Assembly (NCBI RefSeq): GCF_006345805.1
Contig: NC_043002.1
Location: forward strand, 41,540,001-41,604,000
Length of the DNA stretch: 64,000 bases
Direction of reading: 5' to 3'
Source of the DNA: Octopus sinensis
Lineage: Eukaryota
Both the position numbers and the translations under genes were made by a program. Of the stretch, positions 12,740 to 25,337 are shown one piece after another; positions within the stretch are counted from its first letter, which is position 1; every line of letters begins with the position of its first letter. The notes below the pieces were generated by a model, which had not been told where the DNA came from, did not search any database, and saw only the letters and a list, made by a program, of their open reading frames with translations.

Positions 12740-13262
12740 GGTGGCAAGCTGGCACAATTGTTAGCATGCTGGACGAAATGCTTAGTGATATTTCACCTGT
12801 TGCTACATTCTGAGTTCAAATTCCGCTGAGGTTTTACTTTGGCTTTTATCTTTTCATCATTATCATCATCGTTTAACGCGTTTTCCATGCTAGCACAGGT
12901 TGGACGGTTTGACCGGGGTCTGGGAAGCCAGGAGGCTGCACCAGGCTCCAGTCTGATCTGGCAGTGTTTCTACAGCTGGATGCCCTTCCTAATGCCAACC
13001 ACTCCATGAGTGTAGTGGGTGCATTTTATGTGCCACCAGCACAGGTACCAGGGGAGGCTGGCAGCGGCCATAATTGGTTGGTGCTTTTTACGTGCCACCG
13101 GTACAGAAGCCAGTGAAGGTGGCACTGGCATCAACCGTGTTTGGATGGTGCTTTTTACATCAGGGTCGATAAAATAAGTACCAGTTGAATACTGGAGTCG
13201 ATGTAATCAACAAATCCCAACCTCCCCAAGCTGCTTTTGTGGCATAAATTTGAAATAATTAT
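12740..13262 (+). mobile_element. Family A SINE interrupted by an RTE 3' end
   Basis: A core breaks at ..ATCTTTT (~12852) and resumes CAGGGTCGATAAAATAAG (~13164). Confidence 0.7.
12853..13163 (-). mobile_element. 5'-truncated RTE-clade LINE 3'UTR (family C)
   Basis: Reverse complement of ..GGAAGGGCATCCAGCTGTAGAAAC..GTTAAACGATGATG tail shared with 23397, 27447, 37085, 44443, 44815. Confidence 0.75.
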
Positions 13263-13797
13263 TACTTATGTATAATATTAACGAGTAGGAATGAGTATCC
13301 AAGTGCTTTTAGCGGTCATTTTGTGAAAAAGATTGGGAAACACCTTTTGAATTTATCACCTTTTGTATCTGGTCTTCTGTATTTGTTCCATTAACTTATA
13401 CCAATTATTTAAAAGTTTCAGGTTCTAGAAGAGAAGAAATAACATTGCTTAGTGTTCAGGTTTTTATTTTTTTTATTATTTTTTTTTCAAGAACATTTTT
13501 GAGACAAATTGAGAATGGAAAGAGATGTCACTGCAGACAGATATAAAAATCAAGTTTTATATATCTGTGGCTTATTTGGAGCCTAAAGCTCCTTGACAGC
13601 ACTTGTTCTTTCCATCTCATTGGCAGTGTCAAATAAAAGACTATACTTTCTTTGAAAATGAATCATATGTCAAATAAGTAGAGAAAATGACTTCTCAATT
13701 ATGATGACCACAATCAAGAGGTAACTTACTATTGGTGTATATATGTGTGCTTGTATGTATCATCATCATCATCCTTTAATGTCCGTTTTTCATGCTG

Positions 13798-14521
13798 GTA
13801 TGGGTTTGACAAGATATATGTGTGTGTGATATATATATAAGGTGGCGAGCTGGCAGAAACGTTAGCACGCCGGGTAAAATGTTTAGTGGTATTTCGTCTG
13901 CCATTACGTTCTGAGTTCAAATTCCGCCAAGGTCAACTTTACCTTTCATCCTTTCTGGGTCGATAAATTAAGTACCAGTTATGCACTGGGGTCTGTCCTT
14001 GTTTGTCCCCTCTATGTTTAGCCCCTTGTGGGCAATAAAGAAATAAGATATATGTGTGTATGTGTATGGAGGGGGTGTACCCTTGTCTTGACATCATTTG
14101 GTGGTTGTAAATGAGCATCACTGTCATACAAGCGGTACTTGTTTCCAGTCTTCTGTAGTAAACATATCTGGTCATGGGAAATATACTTCATATTCTGTTC
14201 TCTTATTGAATACACTATGACTAGTATACATATAAAAATCATCACCCTCAACACCAATGATATACATTGTTCCATGCTTGCATGGGTCAGACAAAATTTG
14301 TTGAGGCAGGTATTCTACAGCCTGATACCCTTCCTGTTACCAGCCCTTACCTGTTTTCAGATAAATATTTCCCATGGCCAGATATGTTTACTACGGAAGA
14401 TTGGAAACAAGTATCGCTTGTATGACAGTGATGCTCATTTACAACTACCCCATGATGTCAAGACAAAGGTACACCCCCTCCATACACATACACACATATA
14501 TATCTTGTCAAACCCATACAT
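13798..14521. repeat. Fold-back inverted duplication, ~165-bp arms with ~160-bp spacer
   Basis: 13798-13838 plus 14046-14200 is the reverse complement of ~14362-14521; ORF track shows the same peptide on both strands (14018..14275 - and 14139..14597 +). Confidence 0.85.
13839..14045 (+). mobile_element. SINE family A inserted in the left arm of the fold-back
   Basis: Full A consensus, flanked by AAGATATATGTGTGT-like duplication. Confidence 0.85.
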
Positions 14522-16404
14522 AACTCCTCAGGAAATGTTTGATAGTGTAATGCAGTGCTTCCGAAAATGGGCGGTACTGCCACCCCTCCGGGTGTAGTGG
14601 AAAGATTCAGGGGTGGGGGCATTGAAGAAGAGTGGGGTGATAATAGGGTGGCCAAAAGGAGGCGATGGATGTGATCCCCCCTTCCCCCAAAAGAAAAACG
14701 ATGGGTTAATTAGTTTAAGTTTTATATGTGAAATACAATTTTCTTTTTTTATTTTGCTGTAGAAAGTGGTCTAGGTTTATGAAGGTCAGTTATGGTGGGG
14801 GTTTTAGGTGATGTGGCCTGGGTGCCAAGGGTGCTGCAGCCTGAAAAAGTTTGCATCAGTTCTTGAACACAAACAAAACAAAATATATAACTAGTGTGTA
14901 CCGCTACTGTTTACTCAGCCATTCCCAACTCCTTGCCACCGATATAAGCTCCCAATTATGTCTTATTTTTGACTCAAGAACACGTGAATGCTAGAAAATT
15001 AGCTACTGGCAATGGAATTAGCTTTTTAAATCTGCCCTCAAGAAAAGCTTAGCTGAGGATTTTATTCTTAGACTTTTGCATAATTTCAAAGTGCAATGGA
15101 ATAATAAACGATTGCTTTGTTAGATATAGCTGATTTGAGGAACAGAAGAAGAAAAAGAAGAAGAAGCAACAGAACATTAAAAGATAGCAGAATACTGATT
15201 GCAAGAAATGAAACAGAAATATCAAAAATAAAGATATGAGTTGTGTGTTATTTGTGTGCTCTTTTGCTATTAGTATTATCACAGGATTTGTTGCTAAAAT
15301 TCCTCTGCTGACTTGAAATTGGTTATATTGTTTTATTTCTTTCGTTTGAATACTAATGAACATACTGGTATTATTAATGTATATGAAAATTACTTGAAGT
15401 TACTGGAAACGGTATTTACTTTCGTAATTGAGAAGCATCTGTGGTGTACCATTTTTAGCATATATTGAGTAATAAATAATACTATTGGTCATATCCGTCT
15501 CTTCTCCAGAAATGGATCATGTAATGGTTTGTTGAAACAAAAAAATATTCTATGGTTTTGGAGTCAGTAATGTCATTCATTATTATGGCAATGGACTGTA
15601 CCTACACATTGCACCTATTTATAAGCTAAGTGAACTGAGCCATTGAGTGCTGAGTGTTTTGCGCATGGACATCATGCAGTCTCACTTGTGAAGTATTCAA
15701 AGTAGGCTTTTAGGTGATGTGACCTAGTGGATAGGATGTTGGGCTCATGATCCATGAGGTTGTTAGTTCACTTCCTGGACTTAAAAGTGCATTGTACAGT
15801 GTGCAGAGAAAGAGGCTTCATTTCACATTACTCCAGTCTGCTCAGCTGAAATGGAACACTGAGTGCTGATGTTGTCCTAAGCTGTCACATTGTGAATGTT
15901 CCACTAGGTGAAGGCTGGGAGGACTAAGAAGGTGTCCATGTCTGCTTGCAATGGCCTAAGCACTTAAAACAATTAGAACACGGTACACATTCTACTAAGT
16001 CATCCTCAATTCTGAATGACAATTGTGTGTTTGTGTGCATATCTGTAAAAATATATATGCATATACATGCCAGATTTGTATATACCTATGTGTAAGTAAA
16101 GAACGCATTCAGTTCATACAAAACTAGAACAAATGTATTCCAAAGTGCTCCATGAAATATTTAACAATTTCAGAGCTACAACAATCGTCTATGACAGTCA
16201 TGGGCAACTTGCAGCCTGTGAGATATTCTGAATGGTATACTTAACAAAAATTTACCTTGAAACTTTTGAGTTGTGCAGCCTGTCTGATGATGAGTCATGC
16301 CTCATGCAGCTCATTACTTGAAAAAGGCTTCCCAAAGAATAGCCATTCCATACAAAACAGATATGGTAGTGCTGCTCTTAAAATTCTAATTCTGGGTAAA
16401 AGGG

Positions 16405-16740
16405 TAAAAGACTTGCTTCAGTCATGAATGACTGTGGGATTGTACCTAGAAAGTTCCCTTCTGAGGCACAAGTCCACAGAAGGTTGTTTATGGAAGACCA
16501 GCAGTCGCCCATGCATACCAGCCTCCCCTCTCCACACCACTGATGTTATCCAAAGGAAAGGCAAAGGCTGATACAGCTTGGCACCAGTGATATTGCAACT
16601 CATTTCTACAGCTTAGTGAGCTGGAGCAACGTGAAATAAAGTGTCTTGCTCAAGAGCACAACACATAGCTCAGTCCAGGAATCGAACTCTCTACCTTATG
16701 ATTGTGAGCCCAATGCTCTAACCACTGAGCCATGCACATT
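16405..16740 (-). mobile_element. tRNA-derived SINE, family I
   Basis: Minus-strand head GGCTCAGTGGTTAGAGC..GTTCGATTCC then GAGCAAGACACTTTATTTCACGTTGCTCCAG; related copies at 15715, 24480, 47100, 53985. Confidence 0.75.
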
Positions 16741-18035
16741 CTGGCAAGTTTTCTTGTCTTATCAGCCAGACTACTATGAGAGGAGTTGTTTTGCTCCATG
16801 TAATAGCACGTGTTAGCTATGTAAATTGGAAGGATTATTTCTAAGTTGTGATCTTACTTTCATACTATATAGCCTATGTTCCATAGAGGGCTATCATCCC
16901 CTATGGAGCATAGGCCATCAATGTCTTTTTCCTACTGTTCTCAGCTCTGGACTGCCTCTCCCAGGTCTTGTAGGTAGTGAATTGTCATCAATGCTTCTGT
17001 AACTTTGTATTTTTCTCAGTAGGGCTGTTGGTCCTAAGCAAACCCATTTTTACCTCTGGAAAGAGGTGGCCCATATTAATCTGTCCTTTGACCTGTCCAG
17101 TTTGGAAGGTCCTACCAGAAGCTTGCACTTCACTGGTATAGCTTTCAGGGTTCATTGAGGCACTTAAGCCACCATACTACAACAGGAACAGGACTTTGTG
17201 GTGGAAGTTGTGATCTTAGATTAAGTTAGTAAGTGCTTATTGCTTTCAATATATCTAAATGTTTGTATTTTAAGATGTTCTTGTGGTTTCTCAGATCTGG
17301 TTTATTTTCTTAATGCATGTTGCTACTTTGATAATTATTTTCTTTCTAAGTTGTTATGTTGTTTAACCTCAGGTCAACCCTGATCAAGCAGAACTTCCAA
17401 TGTCATGCTAGCTTTGGTCATTTTGCCTTTTTTCTTACATAGAACATCTAGGGCTACATTAATTGATATATCCTTTTTTGAGGATGACAGTATAGTTTGT
17501 CTACTATTTCTAGCATATCAACAGACCTCATAGAGGTTTCCCCCCCATTGGCTGTAAGTCACATACTAAGATGGAAAAAGGCGTTGGAACATTTGATGAT
17601 AGAAGTAAACTATTTCATGAGGTGGAGCAATAGATGTTTTGAAAAGCATGTATTGTGTCGGTTAAATTGATTTCTTACATCAGTATAACATTTATAGGAA
17701 AGAGGAAATGAGACTTCTTGATGTTCATGTCTTTCTCAAGAGTATTAATGATATAAATTAAGTGGAGTGTAAGGGTTATTATAACTGGGAATAAAAATTG
17801 CATTATGGACTTGCTTCTTTGAGAGCTTATCTCTATTCTACAGTGTTTTCTGTGGTGTAACTTTAGATTAATAAAGTATCGAAATTACATAACAGACTTG
17901 TGCACTTTGTTAATAATGGTCATAATGACATATATTGGAGAAAGAAAAAAAAAAGAAATGGCTTTTAGTCTACATTGTAGTGGGCATGTAAGTTAACCTA
18001 TTAGGTTATAAAAGTAGTGTATAATCTTCACATAG

Positions 18036-18089
18036 TGTAACAAGTGGCTGTCAGCTTTGTTGAAAGCACCTTCTGAAGGACACTTCTGG
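18036..18089 (+). CDS. Candidate 54-nt symmetric exon (CNKWLSALLKAPSEGHFW)
   Basis: Acceptor aatcttcacatag, donor TGG|gtgagt, only phase 0 open; no protein recognised. Confidence 0.2.
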
Positions 18090-18109
18090 GTGAGTTTGAA
18101 CTCTGAACT

Positions 18110-18600
18110 ATCTCGTTCATCCTTCGTTTTTGAAGATGACCAAGATTCCACTTCTTTGACACTGACAGCATTTCTTAAAGAGCACCAGGAATGGAGGACT
18201 CAGCTGTACAGGGAACCAAAGATTTGAGACTGCTTTCTGCCTTATACTACACATTTTGTATGTGGACATGTGAAGAGACTCTGGAAATGGCACTAATGTG
18301 TGGTACCTCAACTATCGGACTGAAAGGTTGAAATCTGACTTGGTTCCACTTGGATTATAGTGAAGAAGAGTCATTCCAAATGACCAACCACACTTTTTTG
18401 CCCTTCACTTCCTGGACCAGTGGCCAGTCAGGGTTAGATGACTGGATATATACTAGATACACAGCAAGATGATGAGGGCCATCTATAAGCTTTGAGGTAC
18501 ATGTCTAGCACTAATGTTGCTGGATATCATCTTTCTGCTTTTTGAAGCTTGATCGATCACCAATGGCTGGGTTTCTTCAGCAATGTCCACTAGAATCTAA
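18110..18600 (-). mobile_element. Decayed RTE/BovB-like LINE 3' end
   Basis: Minus strand gives LFTCPH.. and LVIFKNEG*, resembling the RTE C-terminal Cys finger and terminus; multiple stops. Confidence 0.45.
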
Positions 18601-21593
18601 TTTTCTCTCCCTCTCTTTCTGTTTATTTGTGTGAGCGTATTTCCCTTTATGTGTACAAGGAGAGGGAAAGTGTTTATGTCAATTGTGCTCAGTTAATAAA
18701 TTGTAATGCCCCCCCCCCTCTCTCTCTGTATGTGTACATTTCTTTGCACTTGTGCATGTTTGCTTTAACCTCCAGTAGCAGAACAAACTGTAAAAAAAAA
18801 AAAAAACTAGATTGATTGTCCAGTCAGCTGTGTCAGATCATCAGTATCCAAACAGCTGTACCCAATTGTCTCATTCTTGTAGTATGTCAATCCCTTACAG
18901 AATTTCAGCAAGAATTTAACACTCATTGGGTACCCGCAGCCTGGTTTAACCAGAGTGCTTAAAATGTTGTATTGAAGGTGGTACACTGCTATTTGCAGAC
19001 AGTTTATGCTAAGAGCAGATGAGAATTGGCTGTCAGGTGAGAGCCAGTGGCTAATGAGATATCTTGAAATGGAGTTAGTAGGAGTCCTACCAAAGGTACT
19101 GACCCTCTTTGGTACCCCATGCTTTGGTATATACTAACAACACTGTATACTCATGACAATGTATCCCTCTCCTCCAACACACACATACACTAATAATGAT
19201 ATACTGTATGCTAATAGTATTATATGCTAACAATATACTCCTCAGTGGAACCCACTGTGTTGCAAACATTCAAATGAGGTCTCCTGTCTGAGGATAACCT
19301 CCTCCCTTTGCACCAGTCTCAGAAGAGCTGGAGGAGATAATGGTCAATGCACTTCTTTGATTAAAATAGAAAAGCAAAAGAAAATTAGTGTTACTGTTGC
19401 TAATACTGATAAGTTGTATAATCAATGTTACAGATTTACAGCTCTATCGACTGAGGCATTTTAGAGTTAGAACTCTTTGATTTGGCAGTGTAGTACCAAA
19501 TTGATTTGGCTTGATTTAAAGCTCTCATATTGTAGTTTTAGTTGTTATTGTTATTTCGCTCCAATCAGTTTTGACTGAATAGATCTATGATCGAAAGTGT
19601 TCCAGGCATGACCATCCTACCTTTGTTTTGTTTCTCAGACAGTATATTTAGAACTACTTAATGCATCTCTCTTTCTCTACTTTTTTTTTTAAAGACAGCA
19701 TGATGGCTGTAATTTCAGAGAGATTTATCTGGTATTTATAGCAGGTAGAGCAATTGTATAAAGGCTCTCTCATAGATTCACTCAGATTCCAGTACTGTTA
19801 AAAAATAAATGAATAGCATTTATGAATTAGAAATATATATTTTTTTTCATGTTCTTTTACCTTTTTTTTTTTTTCCCTTTCTACAATCTTCCTAGTTATC
19901 TCTTAGTTTCTAATTTTCCCTTAATCTGTAACATAATCTATAACAATATGATAGAGAAGAGAGTTCTAATGGCTATCTGCTGCTACTGGTTTTATGTCAG
20001 CTTCTTTGTAAATTGTAATAAAGAAACATTAGTTTAACATTTTCACTCAACACCCTATATTTTTGTTTTCTATTCAAAATACATTGAATGAAGAAAGATG
20101 CAGGGGCTGGTGGTTGAGGGAGACAAAAAGAAAATATAACACACACATACACACAAAAAAAAAAAAAAGGAAAGAAAAGCAAATATCTAACTTGGTTTCC
20201 AAGACAACTCATAATGTAAGCTTCTACAATTTTGAAAAAGCAGTATGCAACTGATTATTGCTGGCATCCTTCTTTAGAAAATCAGATGAACTTTGAATTG
20301 AATAGAAAAGCAACAAGTTAAGCCATTAACTGAAACCTTAGCTGAGTTTATTAAATGTGCTGCCACCTACTCTAAAGTTTGTTTGACACCACTAGCAGGT
20401 ATAATCTCCCTTATATAATATATATATATATCTGAAGATTGAATTGAAAGATAGACTGGAGTAAATGCACTGAAAGCATTTCTTAAATTGCATTGTTTTC
20501 AGATTATTTTTTTCATTTCTTTTACTGTATTTTATTTGTATTTTCCCTGTTTTCTTTCTTTCTGGTACCTTATGGTATGATAAGGACTGGAATTACTTCA
20601 GGCTGATTCTATGGGTTTTTCTTTGACACATTGCATGTATCATTTATTCACTGCTGCTGCCACCACCACTACAACCACCACCACCACCACCACAACCACT
20701 ACCATCATCATCGCCACTCTCTCTGTGGAAGCCATCCAGGCTATATATATAAATTATATTTTCATACAATAACCTTCTGTATCATTTCTTGTCAGATTTC
20801 CTGACTTGAATGATTTTTCTTCTTTCCTTTTCTTTTTCCTTTTTTTTCTTCTTTCTTTTCGTCTTTAAAATTCTTCTCAGCTGGCATTGAAGACAAATCC
20901 TCAGTATCCATTCAACCGTCTTGGGAATTCAGGTTTTGTAAAAGTTCCTCAAAAACATTGTTCTTTATTCCTTCAAATGTTCATTTATTTTGCTTTTGAT
21001 ATTCAGTTATTTTCTTCCTCACTTCTTTTTACCAATTTTAATCTTTTGATCATCTACAATGGTTTTTGTCTTTCTGTCTCTGAAGGTTATAGGCATTACA
21101 ATTTATTGATGACTGCACTTTCTTCTCCCCAACTAAGTTTTTCTTCATCATCTCCCTTCCCATCATTTGCTTTTTGCTACTAATCTTGTTCAGAACCTAT
21201 TTTGGCAAAGTACATTTTGGTTATTTTAGTATCATAAAGCTGGGATTAAAAATACTGAATTAATTTTTTCTTATACTCTCTCTCTCTCTCTCTCTCTCTA
21301 CTTATCTACCTGAATTTCTTACCACTCATATAGTTACAAAGGTATGGTCCAAATTCTTTAATTTTGTTGTGAATCTAAGAAATTCTATTTTATAAGAATA
21401 GTCAGAAAATAAAATAAGCTTCCAGTGCTTAATTCTTACATAAAGGCAGTTATTTTTTTTTACTATTAAAATCTTTACATAGTAATATTATTTTGAAAAT
21501 AAACTGAGATGTATTATACAAAAATAGAAACACACTGTACTCAAACTATCTTGGTAAAAGACAGCTGTGAGATCAAGTTGTTGTTATTTATTA

Positions 21594-21632
<39 letters not shown>

Positions 21633-21659
21633 TCACAACACACACACTCTCTCTCTTTT

Positions 21660-21692
<33 letters not shown>

Positions 21693-21796
21693 TACTTTGT
21701 TTTGTCCTGCATTGTCCATAATGTTTTTCTTAATGCAAACCCTTTGAGGTTAATAAAGAAATCATTATTGTTGCTGTTGTTATTATTGTTATTGAG

Positions 21797-21987
21797 ATGG
21801 CGAGCTGGCTGAATCGTTAGCATGCTGGGCAGAATGCTTCGTGGCATTTTAGTCAGTCTTTATGTTCTGAGTTCAAATTCCACCGAGGTCAACTTTGCTT
21901 TTCATCCTTTGGGGTTGATGTAATTAGTTAGTCCCTTCCCCCAAAAAATTTCAGGCTTTGTGCCTATAGTAGAAAGAATAATCATTA
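21797..21987 (+). mobile_element. SINE family A
   Basis: A head and core, with (ATT)n-type flanks. Confidence 0.8.
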
Positions 21988-22009
21988 CTTCCAGAAAGCC
22001 TTCTAAACA

Positions 22010-22445
22010 CAGTAGTGTAACTAGGTGTGGGAGGGCAAGTGGGGGATGGGGCACATGCTCCAGGCTCCTATTGAAGTGAGGGGGGCACCTCATCAAAAGC
22101 AAGGAAAATGAAACTTTAAACAGTTGTATTTTTTTTTTATTACACCTGATTTCACACATTAGGTCTTTTACTGTTCCATTTGGGGAAGCTGGTGCATTAA
22201 ACGGTTAAAATAAAGCAGTTTCGTAAAAGTAAGCATTCAAAAAATATATTTTGAGTTACAGGCTGTACCAAACTGGCAGGTAAATGAACCCTGGTATAGT
22301 ATTTATTCCTAAAATATTGCTTTAAAACATTAATTACTTGAAACAAATAAGTACTGTATGATATCGTAGATTTTGTAAATGTGGGAGGTGGCAAGCACAT
22401 TTTTGTGGCTGGCCCTGGGCATGGTTTACCCTAGTTATGCCACTG
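22010..22445. mobile_element. hAT MITE
   Basis: TIRs CAGTAGTGTAACTAGG / CCTAGTTATGCCACTG (13/16) and perfect 8-bp TSD TCTAAACA at 22002-22009 and 22446-22453. Confidence 0.85.
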
Positions 22446-22502
22446 TCTAAACATTTCAAAGAATTCATAGGTACTTGTTGAGAAGAACTAAGAAAGTAAC
22501 GG

Positions 22503-22708
22503 CAGGCTGGCAGAATCATTAGCACGCGGTATTTTGTCTGTCGCTATGTTCTGAGTTCAAATTCTGCTGAGGTCGACTTTGCCTTTCATCCTTTCGGGGT
22601 CGATTAAATAAGTACCAGTTACGCACTGAGGTCGATATAATCAACTTAATCCGTTTGTCTGTCCTTGTTTGTCCCCTCTGTGTGTAGCCCCTTGCGGGCA
22701 GTAAAGAC
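22503..22708 (+). mobile_element. SINE family A
   Basis: Near full-length A consensus. Confidence 0.8.
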
Positions 22709-22721
22709 ATGAGAAATGTGT

Positions 22722-23070
22722 GGAGTGAAGCTGTTTGATAAGAGGAGGACTGAGGATTTGATGAGAATGCTGGGATTGGAGGAATCGGTGGAATGGTTGG
22801 CAAGGGCGAATGGAGTGATGTGGTATGGGCATGTGTTGAGGAGGGATGAAGAGCATGTTCTGAGGAGGGTGATTGTGTTAGTGGTAAATGGAGCACAAAA
22901 GTGAGGCAGACCAAGGAAATTGAGAGGGTTGGTTTGAAAAAGGAGGAGGCCTAAAACCGGGTGAGATGGTGTGAGGGTAGTTGCTATGGCATTGAGGTAG
23001 ATCCTGTCACCCCTGTTAATAGGGACAAAACCCAGATTTAAAACACTGGATGATGATGATGATGATGATT
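22722..23070 (+). mobile_element. RTE-clade LINE 3' fragment with ORF C-terminus
   Basis: MCGVKL..WYGHVLRRDEEHVLRR..G..K*GRPRK, the classic RTE post-RT motif; (GAT)n tail. Confidence 0.85.
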
Positions 23071-23396
23071 GTTATAGATATTCTATAGAAATTAGCACTG
23101 GTTTTTCTAACAACATTTAGTATCTGAGACATCAAAGATGGTAAAAGGATAATGAGCATACATGCCATAATTTGGGAGTTTCTGCTCCTTCATCAGCACC
23201 CTTAATCATCCATGAACACATTGCTTAAATAGTCACTAAATGCAACAGTGTAACATTATTAGACAGACCAATTATGTTGTTTGTTTACATCTGACATCTC
23301 GGATACAAAATGTAACAAAATTCAATGTTGGCTGTAATTTCTAACAAGTGATGTAAAATGCACTGCTAACACTGTAGACCATGGTATTGATTTATA

Positions 23397-23673
23397 AGCC
23401 AGCGCCGCCTTGACTGGCTTCCGTGTTGGTGGTACGTAAAAACCACCAACCGATCGTGGCTGTTGCCAGCCTCGCCTGGCACCTGTGCCGGTGGCACGTA
23501 AAAAGCACCCACTGCACACACGGAGTGGTTGGCGTTAGGAAGGGCATCCAGCTGTAGAAACACTGCCAGATCAGACTGGAGCCTTGAGAAGCCTCCTAGC
23601 TTCATAGACCCCGGTCAAACCATCCAACCCATGCTAGAATGGAAAACAGATGTTAAACGATGATGATGATGAT
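23397..23673 (+). mobile_element. 5'-truncated RTE LINE 3'UTR (family C)
   Basis: GTGCCGGTGGCACGTAAAAAGCAC units, GGAAGGGCATCCAGCTGTAG, (GAT)n tail. Confidence 0.8.
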
Positions 23674-24153
23674 TTAATATACTTTATAGTATATTATGGT
23701 TGCATAATGAAACACCACATCCCTACAAGTCATTAATATTCATAGGTACTCTTTCTGCTACCCGCCCTTGTACATCTGCTATGTGCTAATTTCCTCTGTC
23801 AGCCGACCCAAGATCCTGCAGCTTAGGGTTTTCACTGTATACCCAAGCTGTACTTCTTCTTTATATTGAGTTTGGTTATTTTCCAGATGGCAATAGATTT
23901 CAGTATTCTCTCTTGCTGCATAAGACCTTTATCTTTGCTAGGTTTATGTTTAGATTATTTGATTCTAAGATTCTGCACCTATATTTGGAACTTATCCTAA
24001 TTCTTTTAATTCTTTGAATTGAGTCAGCTTTGATAACTAGGTCATTAAAATGTAGGAGTTCCTCGCAGACAGCTAATCTTGAATTCCATCTTATGGCCTA
24101 AAGAATGATGTATAAGTACACACACACATACACACACACACATACACACACAC

Positions 24154-24189
<36 letters not shown>

Positions 24190-24479
24190 TTGTATATTGA
24201 ATTTTAACTGGGTCTTTGTGTTGTCCGGGTAGACTTATGATCAAAAACATTCTAGCTAGGCTGATCCCAACTTCTCTCAAACATAGTATTACTTGGACTG
24301 TATACAAAACCACAATTTTTGGATAGGTGTATGTATAATGAATTAGATCAGCTACAATATTTGATTGATTATTAATTTATCCAATCTGCCCTCCTCAGTA
24401 AGGGTGAAAGGCAAAATGGACTCCGATAAGATCTGAACTCTTGGTTAGTGTGTGTTATTCTGTAAGGTGCATAGGGCCG

Positions 24480-24690
24480 CTTTCTTGGTTTTTTGTTGTA
24501 TATATTTCTCCCTGAATGGCATGCTGATCCCTCAAAGGATTACTCATCTTTGCCATCTGAGTGAACTGGAGCAATGTGAAATGAAGTGTTTTGCTCAACA
24601 ACACAAAGCATCACCCGGTTCAAGAATTGAAACTACAATCGTATAATCATGAGTCCAACTCCCTAACCACTAAGCCATGCATTTCTAGGT
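24480..24690 (-). mobile_element. SINE family I
   Basis: Matches 16600-16740 (GAACTGGAGCAA..GAAATGAAGTG..CTAACCACTAAGCCATGC). Confidence 0.7.
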
Positions 24691-24787
24691 GTAACAAAAA
24701 CAGCTATATTCTTTAAAGTATTTTGTCTGTTTCTTACCATTTCTGCCATGGCATCACTCTTACTGCAATATGTTTTGTCCAAAAATA

Positions 24788-25337
24788 TTGGGTTGTCTTT
24801 AAAGTTCATGCTTACATTTCAACTTATTTTAGAACATGGTTGAGTCCATAAAATAGGATTTGACTACACCTCCATTTAGAGCACAATTTAAGCTATCTTT
24901 TCGTGGAAGAAAGTTTATGTTCCTATAACCTGTGTTAATTTTGTAACCCTTTAAAATGGAAGATAAGAAAGTTCATTTTCGGCACTTGATGCTTTGAGAA
25001 CCAGACAAAAATTGCTGCAGCTCAGCTGGGATGTGTTACCCACCCTCCAAATTCACTAGATATTGCTCCTTCGGATTTCCACTTATTCAGGTCTCTGCAG
25101 AATAGTCTTAATGGTAAAAATTTCAATTCCTTGGATGACGTAAAAAGATACCTTGATAAATTTTTTGCCATGAAACCACCTCAATTCTGGGAAGAGGGTA
25201 TTTTCAAGTTAAAGGAATGATGGAGACGCATTGTGTAACAAAATGGTTCATATTTGGTTGATTAAAAATGTAATGGCAAATTTTTATTGACATTTTTCTT
25301 GCCTTTAAAATTAGCATGAACTTTCTGGACAACCCAA
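24788..25337 (+). mobile_element. Internally deleted mariner transposon
   Basis: ~28-bp TIRs TTGGGTTGTC..AAAGTTCATGCT, TA TSD; MEDKKVHFRHLML fused to TRQKLLQLSWDVLP/HPPNSLDIAPSDFHLFRSLQNSL..GSYLVD* (mariner YSPDL/third-Asp region) with a frameshift and stops. Confidence 0.92.

Noticed and set aside
15124-15240. Arg/Lys-rich peptide IADLRNRRRKRRRS.. resembling an NLS-bearing terminal exon
   Set aside because: Basic run comes from an (AAG)n-like tract, the acceptor is weak, and there is no linked upstream exon
22261-22281. 18-nt microexon-like unit (ag|GCTGTACCAAACTGGCAG|gtaaat)
   Set aside because: Lies inside a hAT MITE with a perfect 8-bp TSD; no independent support
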